In this document: positions 18,861 to 28,909 of the stretch, piece by piece
Layout of the letters: every line of letters starts with the position of its first letter
How positions within the stretch are numbered: position 1 is the stretch's first letter
Assembly: GCA_018674305.1 (NCBI GenBank)
Contig: JABHAL010000004.1
Span: forward strand, 64,446 to 128,445
Length of the DNA stretch: 64,000 bases
Origin: Candidatus Falkowbacteria bacterium
GTDB lineage: Bacteria > Patescibacteriota > Patescibacteriia > UBA11705 > JABHMO01
Reading direction: 5' to 3'
Notes under the pieces: model-generated
The model's input: only the letters and a program-made list of their open reading frames with translations
Told to the model about the DNA's origin: nothing
The model's database searches: none
Made by a program: the position numbers and the translations under genes

Positions 18861-19982
18861 TTAAATGAAACCTCTTTTAAGATCTGACATGTGCTGTAAA
18901 TGTTCTTTCGAAACAAAAGTTCCTACTTGTAAATCCATCGCTAACAAAAGCTCTTTAATTTCTTTAAAACTTTTGCGACCAAGGCGTTTGATTTTCAAGA
19001 ATTCTGTTTCGGTCTTAGCAATCAACTCGCCTACATAAACAATATTAGCGTTGTACAAACAATGAGCAGATCTCACACTCATTTCTATTTCTTGAACAGG
19101 TTTTAGTAATAGTTCAATTGGTATATCTTCAGAGCCAACCATTAACCTGCGAATCCGATGAGCAGCAATAACATCATCAACATGTTTATTCATGGGCAAG
19201 ACCAACAAATCAAGCTTGCAGTTTCTAAATGCATACCACAATTTTCTTTTTGCGACTATCAAATCTCGCCTGATGCTTTGGCTACTTAATCTAAATTTCT
19301 TAGCAAGGACCTCAATCTTTTGCTTTTCTACTCCTAATCCAAAATAGGCACGTACCACAAAAGCCCTTCGTGATTCTAACAAATCAAGCGTAGCTTCAAT
19401 TTCTTCTACTGCTATTGCTGGCCAAACTGGAGTGATCCTTCTACGTTCACCATTTAAAACGTGAGCATAAAGATCTTGGTGTAAATCGCCTTCAGTATAG
19501 ATAATCCCATGACTAAGATTCACCCAGAACATTCGCCAGATATCCTCGGTTGAATCAGATGGTTGAGGTGATCCATACACAAATTTTAGCAGATCCAAAT
19601 ATGGCCGTTGTTCAACTGTACATTCAGGAAAATACAGCCTCTCCATTGTTTTAACTACGCCACGTAAATAAGGGAATAAAACATTAACTTCTAGTGCTTT
19701 TGTTAAAACCTGGAAAAGAGACTCTTCTAGCACTGTACGCTCTTTTACGAGAAACAACTTAGCAAATTCTTTGATCAAACCAATCTTCTTTTGCTGGCCT
19801 TTTGGTCGATTAGAACAATTTGCTTTTATTCCACCAATCAACCTCATATCACTAAGAATTACTAATTCATTAATGCCAGAATATTGCGACATTTCTTTAC
19901 AGCTGAATCCTAGACCCGCCAACACAACTAAAAAATCGATTCTCTGTTGTCGCCATGGTCTCACGTGAACCTCCTTTTTCAA
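18861..19982 (-). CDS. Uncharacterised protein combining a sigma-70 region-4-like helix-turn-helix (residues ~195-250) with an RNA polymerase alpha-subunit C-terminal-domain-like module (residues ~285-355). The probable start is the GTG at 19964
   Basis: [47 protein letters not shown] resembles sigma region 4.2. [59 protein letters not shown] aligns closely with alpha-CTD (E. coli RpoA: [55 protein letters not shown]). An AAGGAGG ribosome-binding site precedes the GTG. Confidence 0.55.
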   Translation of the reverse strand: MKKEVHVRPWRQQRIDFLVVLAGLGFSCKEMSQYSGINELVILSDMRLIGGIKANCSNRPKGQQKKIGLIKEFAKLFLVKERTVLEESLFQVLTKALEVNVLFPYLRGVVKTMERLYFPECTVEQRPYLDLLKFVYGSPQPSDSTEDIWRMFWVNLSHGIIYTEGDLHQDLYAHVLNGERRRITPVWPAIAVEEIEATLDLLESRRAFVVRAYFGLGVEKQKIEVLAKKFRLSSQSIRRDLIVAKRKLWYAFRNCKLDLLVLPMNKHVDDVIAAHRIRRLMVGSEDIPIELLLKPVQEIEMSVRSAHCLYNANIVYVGELIAKTETEFLKIKRLGRKSFKEIKELLLAMDLQVGTFVSKEHLQHMSDLKRGFI

Positions 19983-20108
19983 GCATTATTGTAAAGTTCA
20001 ATGTTAATGATTTAGTTTATATTTTTTTTTTATAACTGTCAATAAGCTTCTCTTTACTAATCTTTACATTCAAGTTCAAATTTGCTACCATTTAATTACC
20101 TATTTTAT

Positions 20109-20183
20109 GGCCTGGTCGCCAAGTGGTAAGGCAACGGTTTGCAAAACCGTCATTCACCGGTTCGAATCCGGTCCAGGCCTCCA
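20109..20183 (+). tRNA. tRNA-Cys (anticodon GCA), with encoded CCA
   Basis: Cloverleaf with 7-bp acceptor stem GGCCTGG/CCAGGCC, anticodon loop tTTGCAaaa and T-loop GGTTCGAATCC. A terminator follows at 20186-20220. Confidence 0.85.
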
Positions 20184-20228
20184 AACAAAAAAACTCCGAT
20201 TAACGGAGTTTTTTTGTTTTATAGTTTC

Positions 20229-20882
20229 TTAATATTGAACTACTTCGATTTTAATTAATCTTTTACCAAAGGTAATTGCTGTGTTACGATCTTTTTTCCA
20301 TAAATCAACTCGATAATCATATCGTTTATTCATTCGATCCTCAACAGTAAAAATTCTAGTTCCATATAGTTCGGGAATCCTTACCTTCGCACCGAGAGGT
20401 AAAAAGTTAGCAGCGAGGATATCCTCTTTCCCGTGCTTACATACGTTAAAGCCACTCGCCGTAATACACGGAGTTGAATCGGTTTGATCAACCGTACTTG
20501 AATACGCAGTGGCAATAACTGTAGCCACCCGAAGAGGGTCTCTGTATTTAAGGTGTTTTTGACTATTTTCATATGCAATAAACTTTTTACTTAATAGATC
20601 TAATGGTTTAGCACTTTTGATTTCCACAGAAGAACCAGTCCCTGTTGAAACCACAATTGACTCCGCCTTGGCTGCTTGCGGAATGGTCATATTGATCAAA
20701 AAAGCAACTAATATAACTGCAAAACCCACTCTAACTGAGTTTGGCAATGGACCAGACTGTTCACGTAATAATTCTAGCGTCATATATATTATATAGGAAT
20801 TATCCATTATGTGGCTAAATTTAGTTAAACCACGTAGGCGTTCACTAAATTTAGATAAAATTTCCTCATAAGGATAACTCAA
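20229..20882 (-). CDS. Membrane-anchored 3D-domain protein (MltA/YuiC-like cell-wall-related)
   Basis: N-terminal transmembrane helix. The C-terminal region ATVIATAYSS...DSTPCITASGF...LAANFLPLGAKVRIP...RMNKRYDYRVDLW has the conserved-Asp pattern of the 3D domain. Confidence 0.55.
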   Translation of the reverse strand: MSYPYEEILSKFSERLRGLTKFSHIMDNSYIIYMTLELLREQSGPLPNSVRVGFAVILVAFLINMTIPQAAKAESIVVSTGTGSSVEIKSAKPLDLLSKKFIAYENSQKHLKYRDPLRVATVIATAYSSTVDQTDSTPCITASGFNVCKHGKEDILAANFLPLGAKVRIPELYGTRIFTVEDRMNKRYDYRVDLWKKDRNTAITFGKRLIKIEVVQY

Positions 20883-21155
20883 TTGATTTGTGTAAATTAT
20901 TCCATAATATCACAATTTCAATACTTTGTCAATAGGTGAATTATCCTCTGGAATAAATCCCGTGGCAATATATTAGCACACAACAAATAACTATTCAAGG
21001 AGATTGTCCACCACGATGTTGACAAAGACAGATTTTCACGCTATCATAGGATCAATCGTCATTGTGCTCGCTAATTAATATAACATGAAGCATGTAACAT
21101 ATAGCACTCCCAATGAGTTGCTACATGAGACAGGACTCATGATTCACGATAAATT

Positions 21156-21689
21156 ATGTTGTCAATTAGATTTTCACGTACAGGGAAAAAAAATTATCCG
21201 TCTTTTCGAATTATAGTTTTGGATAAACGTAAAGATCCATGGGGAGACTTTTTAGAAAACCTAGGTAACTACGACCCTAGGACAAAAAAATTAAATATAA
21301 AAGCTGACCGAGTTAAGTATTGGATTGAGAAAGGTGCCCAACCTTCAAGTACTGTACACAATCTCTTAGTCTCTCAAGATATTATTCAAGAAAAAAAAGT
21401 CCGCGTTTCTAGGTTAAGTAAAAAGAGAACGGCCAAACTTGCTGATAAACAAAAAGAAAAAGCCGCAAAAGAAACTGCAACCGACGTGTCCACCGAAACG
21501 GTAGCGAAGGAGGAAGCTCCTAAAGAAGAGGTTAAAACTGAAGAAGCTCCAACCGACGTGTCCACCGAAGCGGTAGCGAAGGAGGAGGCGCCTAAAGAAG
21601 CAGCTAAAACCGAAGCAGTAGAGAAGGATGAAGATCCCAAAGAAGAAACTAAAGTTAAAGAAGTCACTGAAAATAAAAAAGCTGAATAA
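21156..21689 (+). CDS. rpsP: 30S ribosomal protein S16 with a C-terminal low-complexity KE/A-rich extension containing a tandem repeat
   Basis: The N-terminus MLSIRFSRTGKKNYPSFRIIVLDKRKDPWGDFLENLGNYDP...YWIEKGAQPS matches S16. The tail carries TDVSTE(T/A)VAKEEAPKE repeats. Confidence 0.85.
   Translation: MLSIRFSRTGKKNYPSFRIIVLDKRKDPWGDFLENLGNYDPRTKKLNIKADRVKYWIEKGAQPSSTVHNLLVSQDIIQEKKVRVSRLSKKRTAKLADKQKEKAAKETATDVSTETVAKEEAPKEEVKTEEAPTDVSTEAVAKEEAPKEAAKTEAVEKDEDPKEETKVKEVTENKKAE
21481..21606 (+). repeat. ~63-nt tandem direct repeat (2 copies) inside the rpsP 3' extension
   Basis: accgacgtgtccaccgaa(a/g)cggtagcgaaggagga(a/g)gc(t/g)cctaaagaag occurs twice. Confidence 0.6.
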
Positions 21690-21690
21690 C

Positions 21691-21735
21691 AAAAAAAAAT
21701 CTGTCTCAATCATCTCGAAAGACAGATTTTTGTTT
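21691..21735 (+). terminator. Terminator after rpsP
   Basis: aaaaaaaaatctgtct-caatcatctcgaa-agacagatttttgttt. Confidence 0.65.
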
Positions 21736-21869
21736 ACAGTAATAACATAACATTACAAATAATCGACCCTCAATGCTTCACCACAACGGACGCCAGTCGA
21801 GATGGAACAATGGTTGACTGGAATGAATAATAATCATCCACAGAACCTGGATATAGCTTTATTAAAAAC

Positions 21870-21898
21870 TTGACAAACCAAAAATTATTTGCTATAAT
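21870..21898 (+). promoter_or_regulatory. Consensus promoter, TTGACA-N17-TATAAT, upstream of the KH-domain gene
   Basis: TTGACA at 21870-21875 and TATAAT at 21893-21898. Confidence 0.5.
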
Positions 21899-21976
21899 AC
21901 ATGCATAATCAATTCAAATATAATCAATTTAATTGTATCTGAATCGATTAGTTGTATGAATTAATAAGTAACGAAA

Positions 21977-22333
21977 ATGAATCTTATGGCAAAGGAATTT
22001 GACCTGGAATTCTTAGAATTCATAGTTAAGTCAATCGTAGGTTTCCCTGACGACGTTAAGGCTAGCCGTGATATTGACGAAAGAGGTGTCCTATTAACCC
22101 TAGACATTAACCCAGCTGATATGGGATATGTGATTGGAAAGCAAGGACAAACAGCTAAGGCAATCCGAACTTTATTGAAGATTGTCGGTGCAAAAAACAA
22201 TGCACGAGTTAACTTGAAAATCAATGAACCAGAAGGTTCAACAAGAGGTCCAAGACGCGAAGAAAGAGTTGACACAAAAGCTCCTGAAACAGAGGTTGTT
22301 GACACTGACGTTGTAGATGATCTAAAGATCTAA
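21977..22333 (+). CDS. KH-domain RNA-binding protein (UPF0109/YlqC-like), usually encoded in the rpsP-rimM-trmD operon
   Basis: KH GxxG motif VIGKQGQTAKAIRTLL. The gene is small and sits in the expected position between rpsP and trmD. Confidence 0.7.
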   Translation: MNLMAKEFDLEFLEFIVKSIVGFPDDVKASRDIDERGVLLTLDINPADMGYVIGKQGQTAKAIRTLLKIVGAKNNARVNLKINEPEGSTRGPRREERVDTKAPETEVVDTDVVDDLKI

Positions 22334-22354
22334 ACTTTACCATTTTACAATAAG

Positions 22355-22392
22355 AAAAAAGCCACAACTATTGAAGTTCGTGGCTTTTTTTT
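22355..22392. terminator. Bidirectional terminator
   Basis: aaaaaagccacaactattgaagttcgtggcttttttttg. Confidence 0.7.
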
Positions 22393-22394
22393 GA

Positions 22395-22766
22395 TCAAAT
22401 CTCCTGGCCAATCACCAGATTCTGAAAATGATTCATTGCTGACATAATCAAAACACTTAAGTTGTCATTGTGCTGGCCCTCTATCTTTGAACTACAGGAA
22501 TTGACTACCATTTCCGTACGATTAATCAAAGCGTTAGCTTCGCTAATAAAGCCCATAACCTTTTTATCTTCAAGGATAACCCTCACTAACAGGTCATGCA
22601 TTTCCTCGTCACTTGAATGACAATCGAGAAAAAACTCTTTTTCTCCCCGCTCTACAGCTCGAAGCCAATCCAACAAATTCGGCCAATTCTCCTCATCATC
22701 AAGCTGTAAATATTCAATCATGAACTCCCTCAACACTACTCTTTCTCTATCCGAGAGCTGTAACAT
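22395..22766 (-). CDS. Hypothetical 123-aa acidic protein
   Basis: ORF with a terminator. No family recognised. It occupies the position where rimM is normally found. Confidence 0.4.
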   Translation of the reverse strand: MLQLSDRERVVLREFMIEYLQLDDEENWPNLLDWLRAVERGEKEFFLDCHSSDEEMHDLLVRVILEDKKVMGFISEANALINRTEMVVNSCSSKIEGQHNDNLSVLIMSAMNHFQNLVIGQEI

Positions 22767-22910
22767 AATTTCCCTCCACTATTAATACAACAAACTACTA
22801 TAGCTTTACTTTAATGGTTTGTCAAGATACACTAGAATAAATTGCTATATTGTTATATTGCTAAATTGTTTAAACAATTTAACAGTTTGACAATGTAACC
22901 ATATAACTAT

Positions 22911-23612
22911 ATGAAATTCAACATAATGACAATTTTTCCAGACATACTTGACTCTTATTTCGACAAGGGTATGATTCGCATTGCTCAAGAAAAAAAACTA
23001 ATCAAGATTAAAAACATTAACTTGCGTGATTTTGCTGTTGACAATCGTGGCACAGTTGACGACAGGCCCTACGGCGGTGGACCAGGACAAGTAATCATGG
23101 TTGAACCCGTTTACAAGGCGCTGCGCGCCTTGAAGATCAAAGGTCAAAAGTCAAAGAGAAAAAATACAAAATCAAAGATTGTTTTATTATCCGCGAAAGG
23201 GAAAACCTGGAATCAACAAATGGCCAAACGATTTTCCAAACTGGATGAAATCACTTTTGTTTGTCCAAGATATGAAGGTCATGATGAAAGAATTAAAAAA
23301 TTTGTAGACGAAGAAATCGCAATTGGTGATTATGTTTTAACCGGTGGTGAACTTGGTGCAGCCGTTATAATTGATTCCGTAACAAGACTTCTACCAGGAG
23401 TTTTGGGTAAACAAGAATCTCTTGATGAAGAATCACATTCAAAACCGGGATACAAAGAATATCCGCAATATACCAGACCTGAAACCTTCTCCTACAAAAG
23501 AAGAGACGCGATTAATCGCGTCTCAACACATAAGCTAAAGGTCCCGAAGGTCCTACTCTCCGGTCATCATAAAAATATCCAAGAATGGCGGCAAAAAAAA
23601 AGTAAGTCTTGA
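22911..23612 (+). CDS. trmD: tRNA (guanine37-N1)-methyltransferase
   Basis: MKFNIMTIFPDILDSYFDKGMIRIAQEKKLI...PYGGGPGQVIM...YVLTGGELGAAVIIDSVTRLLPGVLG are conserved TrmD SPOUT motifs. Confidence 0.9.
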   Translation: MKFNIMTIFPDILDSYFDKGMIRIAQEKKLIKIKNINLRDFAVDNRGTVDDRPYGGGPGQVIMVEPVYKALRALKIKGQKSKRKNTKSKIVLLSAKGKTWNQQMAKRFSKLDEITFVCPRYEGHDERIKKFVDEEIAIGDYVLTGGELGAAVIIDSVTRLLPGVLGKQESLDEESHSKPGYKEYPQYTRPETFSYKRRDAINRVSTHKLKVPKVLLSGHHKNIQEWRQKKSKS

Positions 23613-23683
23613 CAATTGTTTAGAAATATATTATTCTAATATGATCCGTGAGTTTTTTGAAACATCCCATTTAGGAGAATACA

Positions 23684-24154
23684 ATGGAAAAGTCACAAAG
23701 ATTTCAGCGAGGAGAGCAGTTGATCCCAACTATCAAAACCCAAATTGCAGCTCTTCACCGTCAGAAAGAGGCTGCTCTACATGATGGAGAAAAGCAAAAC
23801 CTGAGGGACGAGATTTCCCGTCTGACAAAGGATCTGGCTGAACTAGAAGCTGGCGTCCAATTACTCCGAGAACGACAAGGATTGGTAGAAATTTTTATCA
23901 CAACCAGGGAATTAGCCAAGGGTGACACCACCATTAAAGTGACGATCCCAAATGGAGACACTCCTAAAACTGTGGTCTTTGAAGATACCGGCTCTGTATT
24001 GCTCAAAGATGCTAACGGCGACACATTAGAAGTCATCGTTCAAAGTAATGAAGACGTTCCCCTATCAGGACCAAAAATGGAAATGGTCTTGGCTGGTATT
24101 CAAAATTGGGAACACGTGGAAGTTAGTATTATTGAGAAAGAGCAAGAGGAATAA
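23684..24154 (+). CDS. Hypothetical protein with an N-terminal coiled coil and a C-terminal beta-rich domain. GC-elevated
   Basis: ORF with a GGAGAAT ribosome-binding site. Its stop overlaps the next gene. Confidence 0.45.
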   Translation: MEKSQRFQRGEQLIPTIKTQIAALHRQKEAALHDGEKQNLRDEISRLTKDLAELEAGVQLLRERQGLVEIFITTRELAKGDTTIKVTIPNGDTPKTVVFEDTGSVLLKDANGDTLEVIVQSNEDVPLSGPKMEMVLAGIQNWEHVEVSIIEKEQEE

Positions 24155-24156
24155 TC

Positions 24157-24672
24157 ATGACGACTCGCAAGATTCAAAGAGCCAGGGATGTTATTGACCT
24201 GCTAAAAGCACATATGCTTCAGGCTAACCAACCAGAAAGAGATGCTGAAACACAAGCGTTCATTGAAAAACTGGAACGACAAATCAAAGAGCTCGAAGAA
24301 GTTGCAGGCAGGACTATTCAACTCTCCAGCGACAATGAGGCTTTGACTCGTGATCTTGAAAAACTCACAGCCCAAGTAGATGAATCTACTATTCATCTAC
24401 AAATATGGGAGAACACGGCTGAAGCCACAGAGGAGATTCTCGCTATCCGTGCACTGGCCAGAGAAGAAGTGACCATTAAACTACTTTCCAAAAATCAGGT
24501 CACTATGATCTTTCATAAGGACGGTTCAATTGACTTGTGGGACCACCAAGAAGGTGACCTCTTCAAATGGTTACAGCCAAATGATCATATCAAAATCGGG
24601 GATGCCCGCCTGATCCAGGCCGCAGACACTGTTTGTGACTGGGAAACAGTTGACTTCGTTCATGACGAATAA
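24157..24672 (+). CDS. Hypothetical protein with the same architecture (coiled coil plus beta domain), a possible paralog of the preceding gene. GC-elevated
   Basis: Start is 3 nt after the upstream stop. A terminator lies at 24691-24717 (cagccc-ctcacc-gggctg plus T-run). Confidence 0.45.
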   Translation: MTTRKIQRARDVIDLLKAHMLQANQPERDAETQAFIEKLERQIKELEEVAGRTIQLSSDNEALTRDLEKLTAQVDESTIHLQIWENTAEATEEILAIRALAREEVTIKLLSKNQVTMIFHKDGSIDLWDHQEGDLFKWLQPNDHIKIGDARLIQAADTVCDWETVDFVHDE

Positions 24673-24778
24673 CTCTTAATATAGCAACAACAGCCCCTCA
24701 CCGGGCTGTTTTTTATTCTTCTAAATTTACTCAAGAATGCTCTTAATAATACTTCCCTATTCTGGCCACACAATTTGC

Positions 24779-24807
24779 TTGACATATTTTTAAAAATGCC
24801 TTATACT
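24779..24807 (+). promoter_or_regulatory. rRNA promoter, TTGACA-N17-TATACT
   Basis: TTGACA at 24779-24784 and TATACT at 24802-24807, ~230 nt upstream of the mature 16S 5' end. Confidence 0.55.
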
Positions 24808-25037
24808 AATCATCACAAGAGAACATTACAACTGAATATCCACCAAAGGGTCTGTTCCCGAATGTAATTTCATGATTGAAGTTGCCTACGGCAATGGACC
24901 CTTTATACATGCGAGATCTCTAATAACAATATTTATTTTTTTAACAGTAGCTAAGTGATAGGAAACTCTTCATAAATTTATGGCATGGTCCAGAACCTGC
25001 TGGTTTTACCACAGGTGCCTTTAACTGGATTTTTTAT

Positions 25038-26529
<1,492 letters not shown>

Positions 26530-26640
26530 GAGATTTTGATAAGGTAGGTTTACTTACTTTATCCACTCCGGTCGGACTACTTAGCGTTTTTAACGCGGTA
26601 GCATATTGTTTCCTATCACCTAAATACTGTTAAACAATTA

Positions 26641-26719
26641 ATTAGACTTCATAGTCTAATTTTTTGTTTTTAAAATAAAAAAAGGGGGCACTTAAATGTT
26701 AAGTGTCCCCTGTGGTTTT
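26641..26719. terminator. Two hairpins. A terminator for 16S at 26641-26667 (attagact-tca-tagtctaat plus T-run) and a bidirectional terminator at 26676-26719
   Basis: The second is aaaaaaagggggcactt-aaatgtt-aagtgtcccctgtggtttt. Confidence 0.6.
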
Positions 26720-26720
26720 A

Positions 26721-28214
26721 CTATTCAGCGTTTTTGATCATTGCCTTGACCAACTTGAAAACTTTCAATTTCAGCTGATACATATGTCTTACCTGATGAG
26801 GCAACCCTAGTTCTTCACGCATTTCCGTAGTCAGTTCAGAACTTTTAAGTTGCTTTCTCTTTCTATAAAGGTGACTAAGTGCTGACGTGACATCATTCTT
26901 TTTTGTCAAAGGGAGAACGATGGCAATGTAGTCAACCATCTGAAGAGAAGAAAAACGCTCTCTTCCAAACTTCAGAAATACACAGACCATGACTCTATCC
27001 AGTAGAGTCAAATTCTTGAACCATGGTGAACTGATAATTTTTTCTGGATCAGGTGATGGTTGCTTCTTGCGTCCTGGTTTTTTCGCTGGTTGCTTGCCTT
27101 TTTTGGGTTTACTTGCTGCAGCGGTTGGCTTCGATGAAGCAACGGATTTTGGTCTGCCAACTGAATCTTCAAGTTTTACAGATTCCAATTTAGGAGCCTG
27201 TAAACTCAAGTCCGCAATAACTGCTTCGTACTTTTCCAACAATGCATTGTCCTGTCCAGGTTTGATTCCCCCTGCTTCTTGTTCTGCCTTTTCAAGTTCA
27301 GCTTTGGCCTGAACAAGCTCAGCAGAATCAGGAATATCACCAGAGTTAATCACAGCAATCATGGCTTGTTGAGCTTCCACAAACTTTTCTAGACAGTCCG
27401 CTAAAGTGGTCTGTTTTTGCAAAAACTCTTTTTCCAAATCAGCTCGCCTGGAAGTCAAGAAATCAAACACTAAGACCTGTAAACGCTCCGGCGAGCCGGC
27501 AACCTTTACTCCATCAAGTGATTGAGCCCATTCTTCTTCCTGACCATCAGACACAAAAGTATGTTTCAGGAATTGAGAACAAGCTATAAGCCAATAATTG
27601 ACCTTTTTCGCGGCCAACCTTTCATCTGGGTCAAGTTCAAGTCGAATAATTACGCCTGCTCGTGTCAATCTCCAACGCAATCGATTACAATCATCATCTG
27701 TTGTGAGGATGCCAAGAATTGCTTTGGCAGTTGGAGGAAAACTATCAAATACAGATACCCCCCGCGTCAAGCCATCAAGCAATCGAGACATTGTACCACT
27801 GATAGACCTTGCTGTTCGACTTTCAATATCGACCAACATAATTTCTTCTTGTTTGATCAGCAGTTCCAAAATCCCAAACTGCGGGCAATCTTTGTGGTCT
27901 GCAACTTTCTTGATCATACCAGCTTGTTTCAGACGAGCAATAATTGTACCAAGAAACTTTTCAGCCTCAATTCCTTCTATCTCGGCAAACTCGCAAAACT
28001 CATGGAAAAATTTGGTATAATGACCATTACCCAGTCCAATGCGGAGACACTTCTTTGGTTCACCCGTAGGATTAGTTTTGACTTCAACCTCACTGGCTCG
28101 GGCCAACAAGTTCTCAACTACGCACCTTTCAGGCATGGTTACGTAAAGAAGCAATTTCTTTTGCATTTGGAGCCTCCATCCTTTTTGTATTATTAACGTA
28201 CACTTCGACAACAT
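26721..28214 (-). CDS. Hypothetical ~480-aa protein, GC-elevated. It has a central coiled coil, a Lys/Pro-rich low-complexity linker, and a C-terminal region that may be a winged helix
   Basis: Long ORF convergent on the 16S gene. The likely start is the internal Met (MQKKLLLYV). No family recognised. Confidence 0.5.
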   Translation of the reverse strand: MLSKCTLIIQKGWRLQMQKKLLLYVTMPERCVVENLLARASEVEVKTNPTGEPKKCLRIGLGNGHYTKFFHEFCEFAEIEGIEAEKFLGTIIARLKQAGMIKKVADHKDCPQFGILELLIKQEEIMLVDIESRTARSISGTMSRLLDGLTRGVSVFDSFPPTAKAILGILTTDDDCNRLRWRLTRAGVIIRLELDPDERLAAKKVNYWLIACSQFLKHTFVSDGQEEEWAQSLDGVKVAGSPERLQVLVFDFLTSRRADLEKEFLQKQTTLADCLEKFVEAQQAMIAVINSGDIPDSAELVQAKAELEKAEQEAGGIKPGQDNALLEKYEAVIADLSLQAPKLESVKLEDSVGRPKSVASSKPTAAASKPKKGKQPAKKPGRKKQPSPDPEKIISSPWFKNLTLLDRVMVCVFLKFGRERFSSLQMVDYIAIVLPLTKKNDVTSALSHLYRKRKQLKSSELTTEMREELGLPHQVRHMYQLKLKVFKLVKAMIKNAE

Positions 28215-28329
28215 ATTACATTAGCGCATTTACATGATTTTGTCAAGTATTGAATAAATTTACACAAAAACATAAACAATCCTTGTCAATCACTGAAATA
28301 AGCTATATATTGAATGCGTACTATACTAT

Positions 28330-28905
28330 ATGACGAAGACTAACCAAAATAGTTTCGCTTCCGACCAAGAATTGGTCAAATTAACGCTAAAAAACTCAGA
28401 CCATTTTGCCCAGGTCATTAATAAATACCAGCCACAACTTTTTTATTACATAAAGAGAATCTCTAATGTACCAAATGAAGATATCGAAGATCACTTACAA
28501 GAAATCTTCCTAAAAATTTATCGAAACCTAAATAATTATAATCAAAACCTTAAATTTTCTTCCTGGCTGTACCGCATTGCCAGGAATCACGTTATTAGTC
28601 ATCATCGAAAACTAAAAGCCCGTCCCCAAAGAATTTCTACGGACTGGGAAATTAATGAACAAATTTTAAATAATATTGCTTCCGACTTTGAACTAGACGT
28701 CTCCTTTGACAATCAATTGATAACTAACCAAATTAAATTAACCTTAAACAAACTGGATATCAAATATAAAGAAGTAATTGTTTATAGATTTTTTGAAGAT
28801 AAATCCTATGAAGAAATTGCCGATATTCTCAAAAAACCAATTGGAACAATCGGAACACTTTTAAATCGTGCCAAAAAACAATTCCATAAACATCATAAAG
28901 AATAA
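28330..28905 (+). CDS. ECF-type RNA polymerase sigma factor (sigma-70 regions 2 and 4)
   Basis: Region 2 is IFLKIYRNLNNYN...FSSWLYRIARNHVISHHRK. Region 4 is YKEVIVYRFFEDKSYEEIADILKKPIGTIGTLLNRAKKQF. Confidence 0.8.
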   Translation: MTKTNQNSFASDQELVKLTLKNSDHFAQVINKYQPQLFYYIKRISNVPNEDIEDHLQEIFLKIYRNLNNYNQNLKFSSWLYRIARNHVISHHRKLKARPQRISTDWEINEQILNNIASDFELDVSFDNQLITNQIKLTLNKLDIKYKEVIVYRFFEDKSYEEIADILKKPIGTIGTLLNRAKKQFHKHHKE

Positions 28906-28909
28906 TTCT

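Noticed and set aside
21386-21713. Two antisense ORFs (107 and 99 aa) opposite the rpsP 3' extension
   Set aside because: They arise from the low-complexity GAA/GCT-rich repeat of rpsP read on the other strand (poly-Ser/Phe/Leu products). There is no start context.
26530-26720. Expected 16S-23S internal transcribed spacer with tRNA-Ile/Ala and a downstream 23S rRNA
   Set aside because: Only ~190 nt with two terminator hairpins follow the 16S 3' end, then a convergent protein-coding gene. No tRNA or 23S sequence is present in the window.
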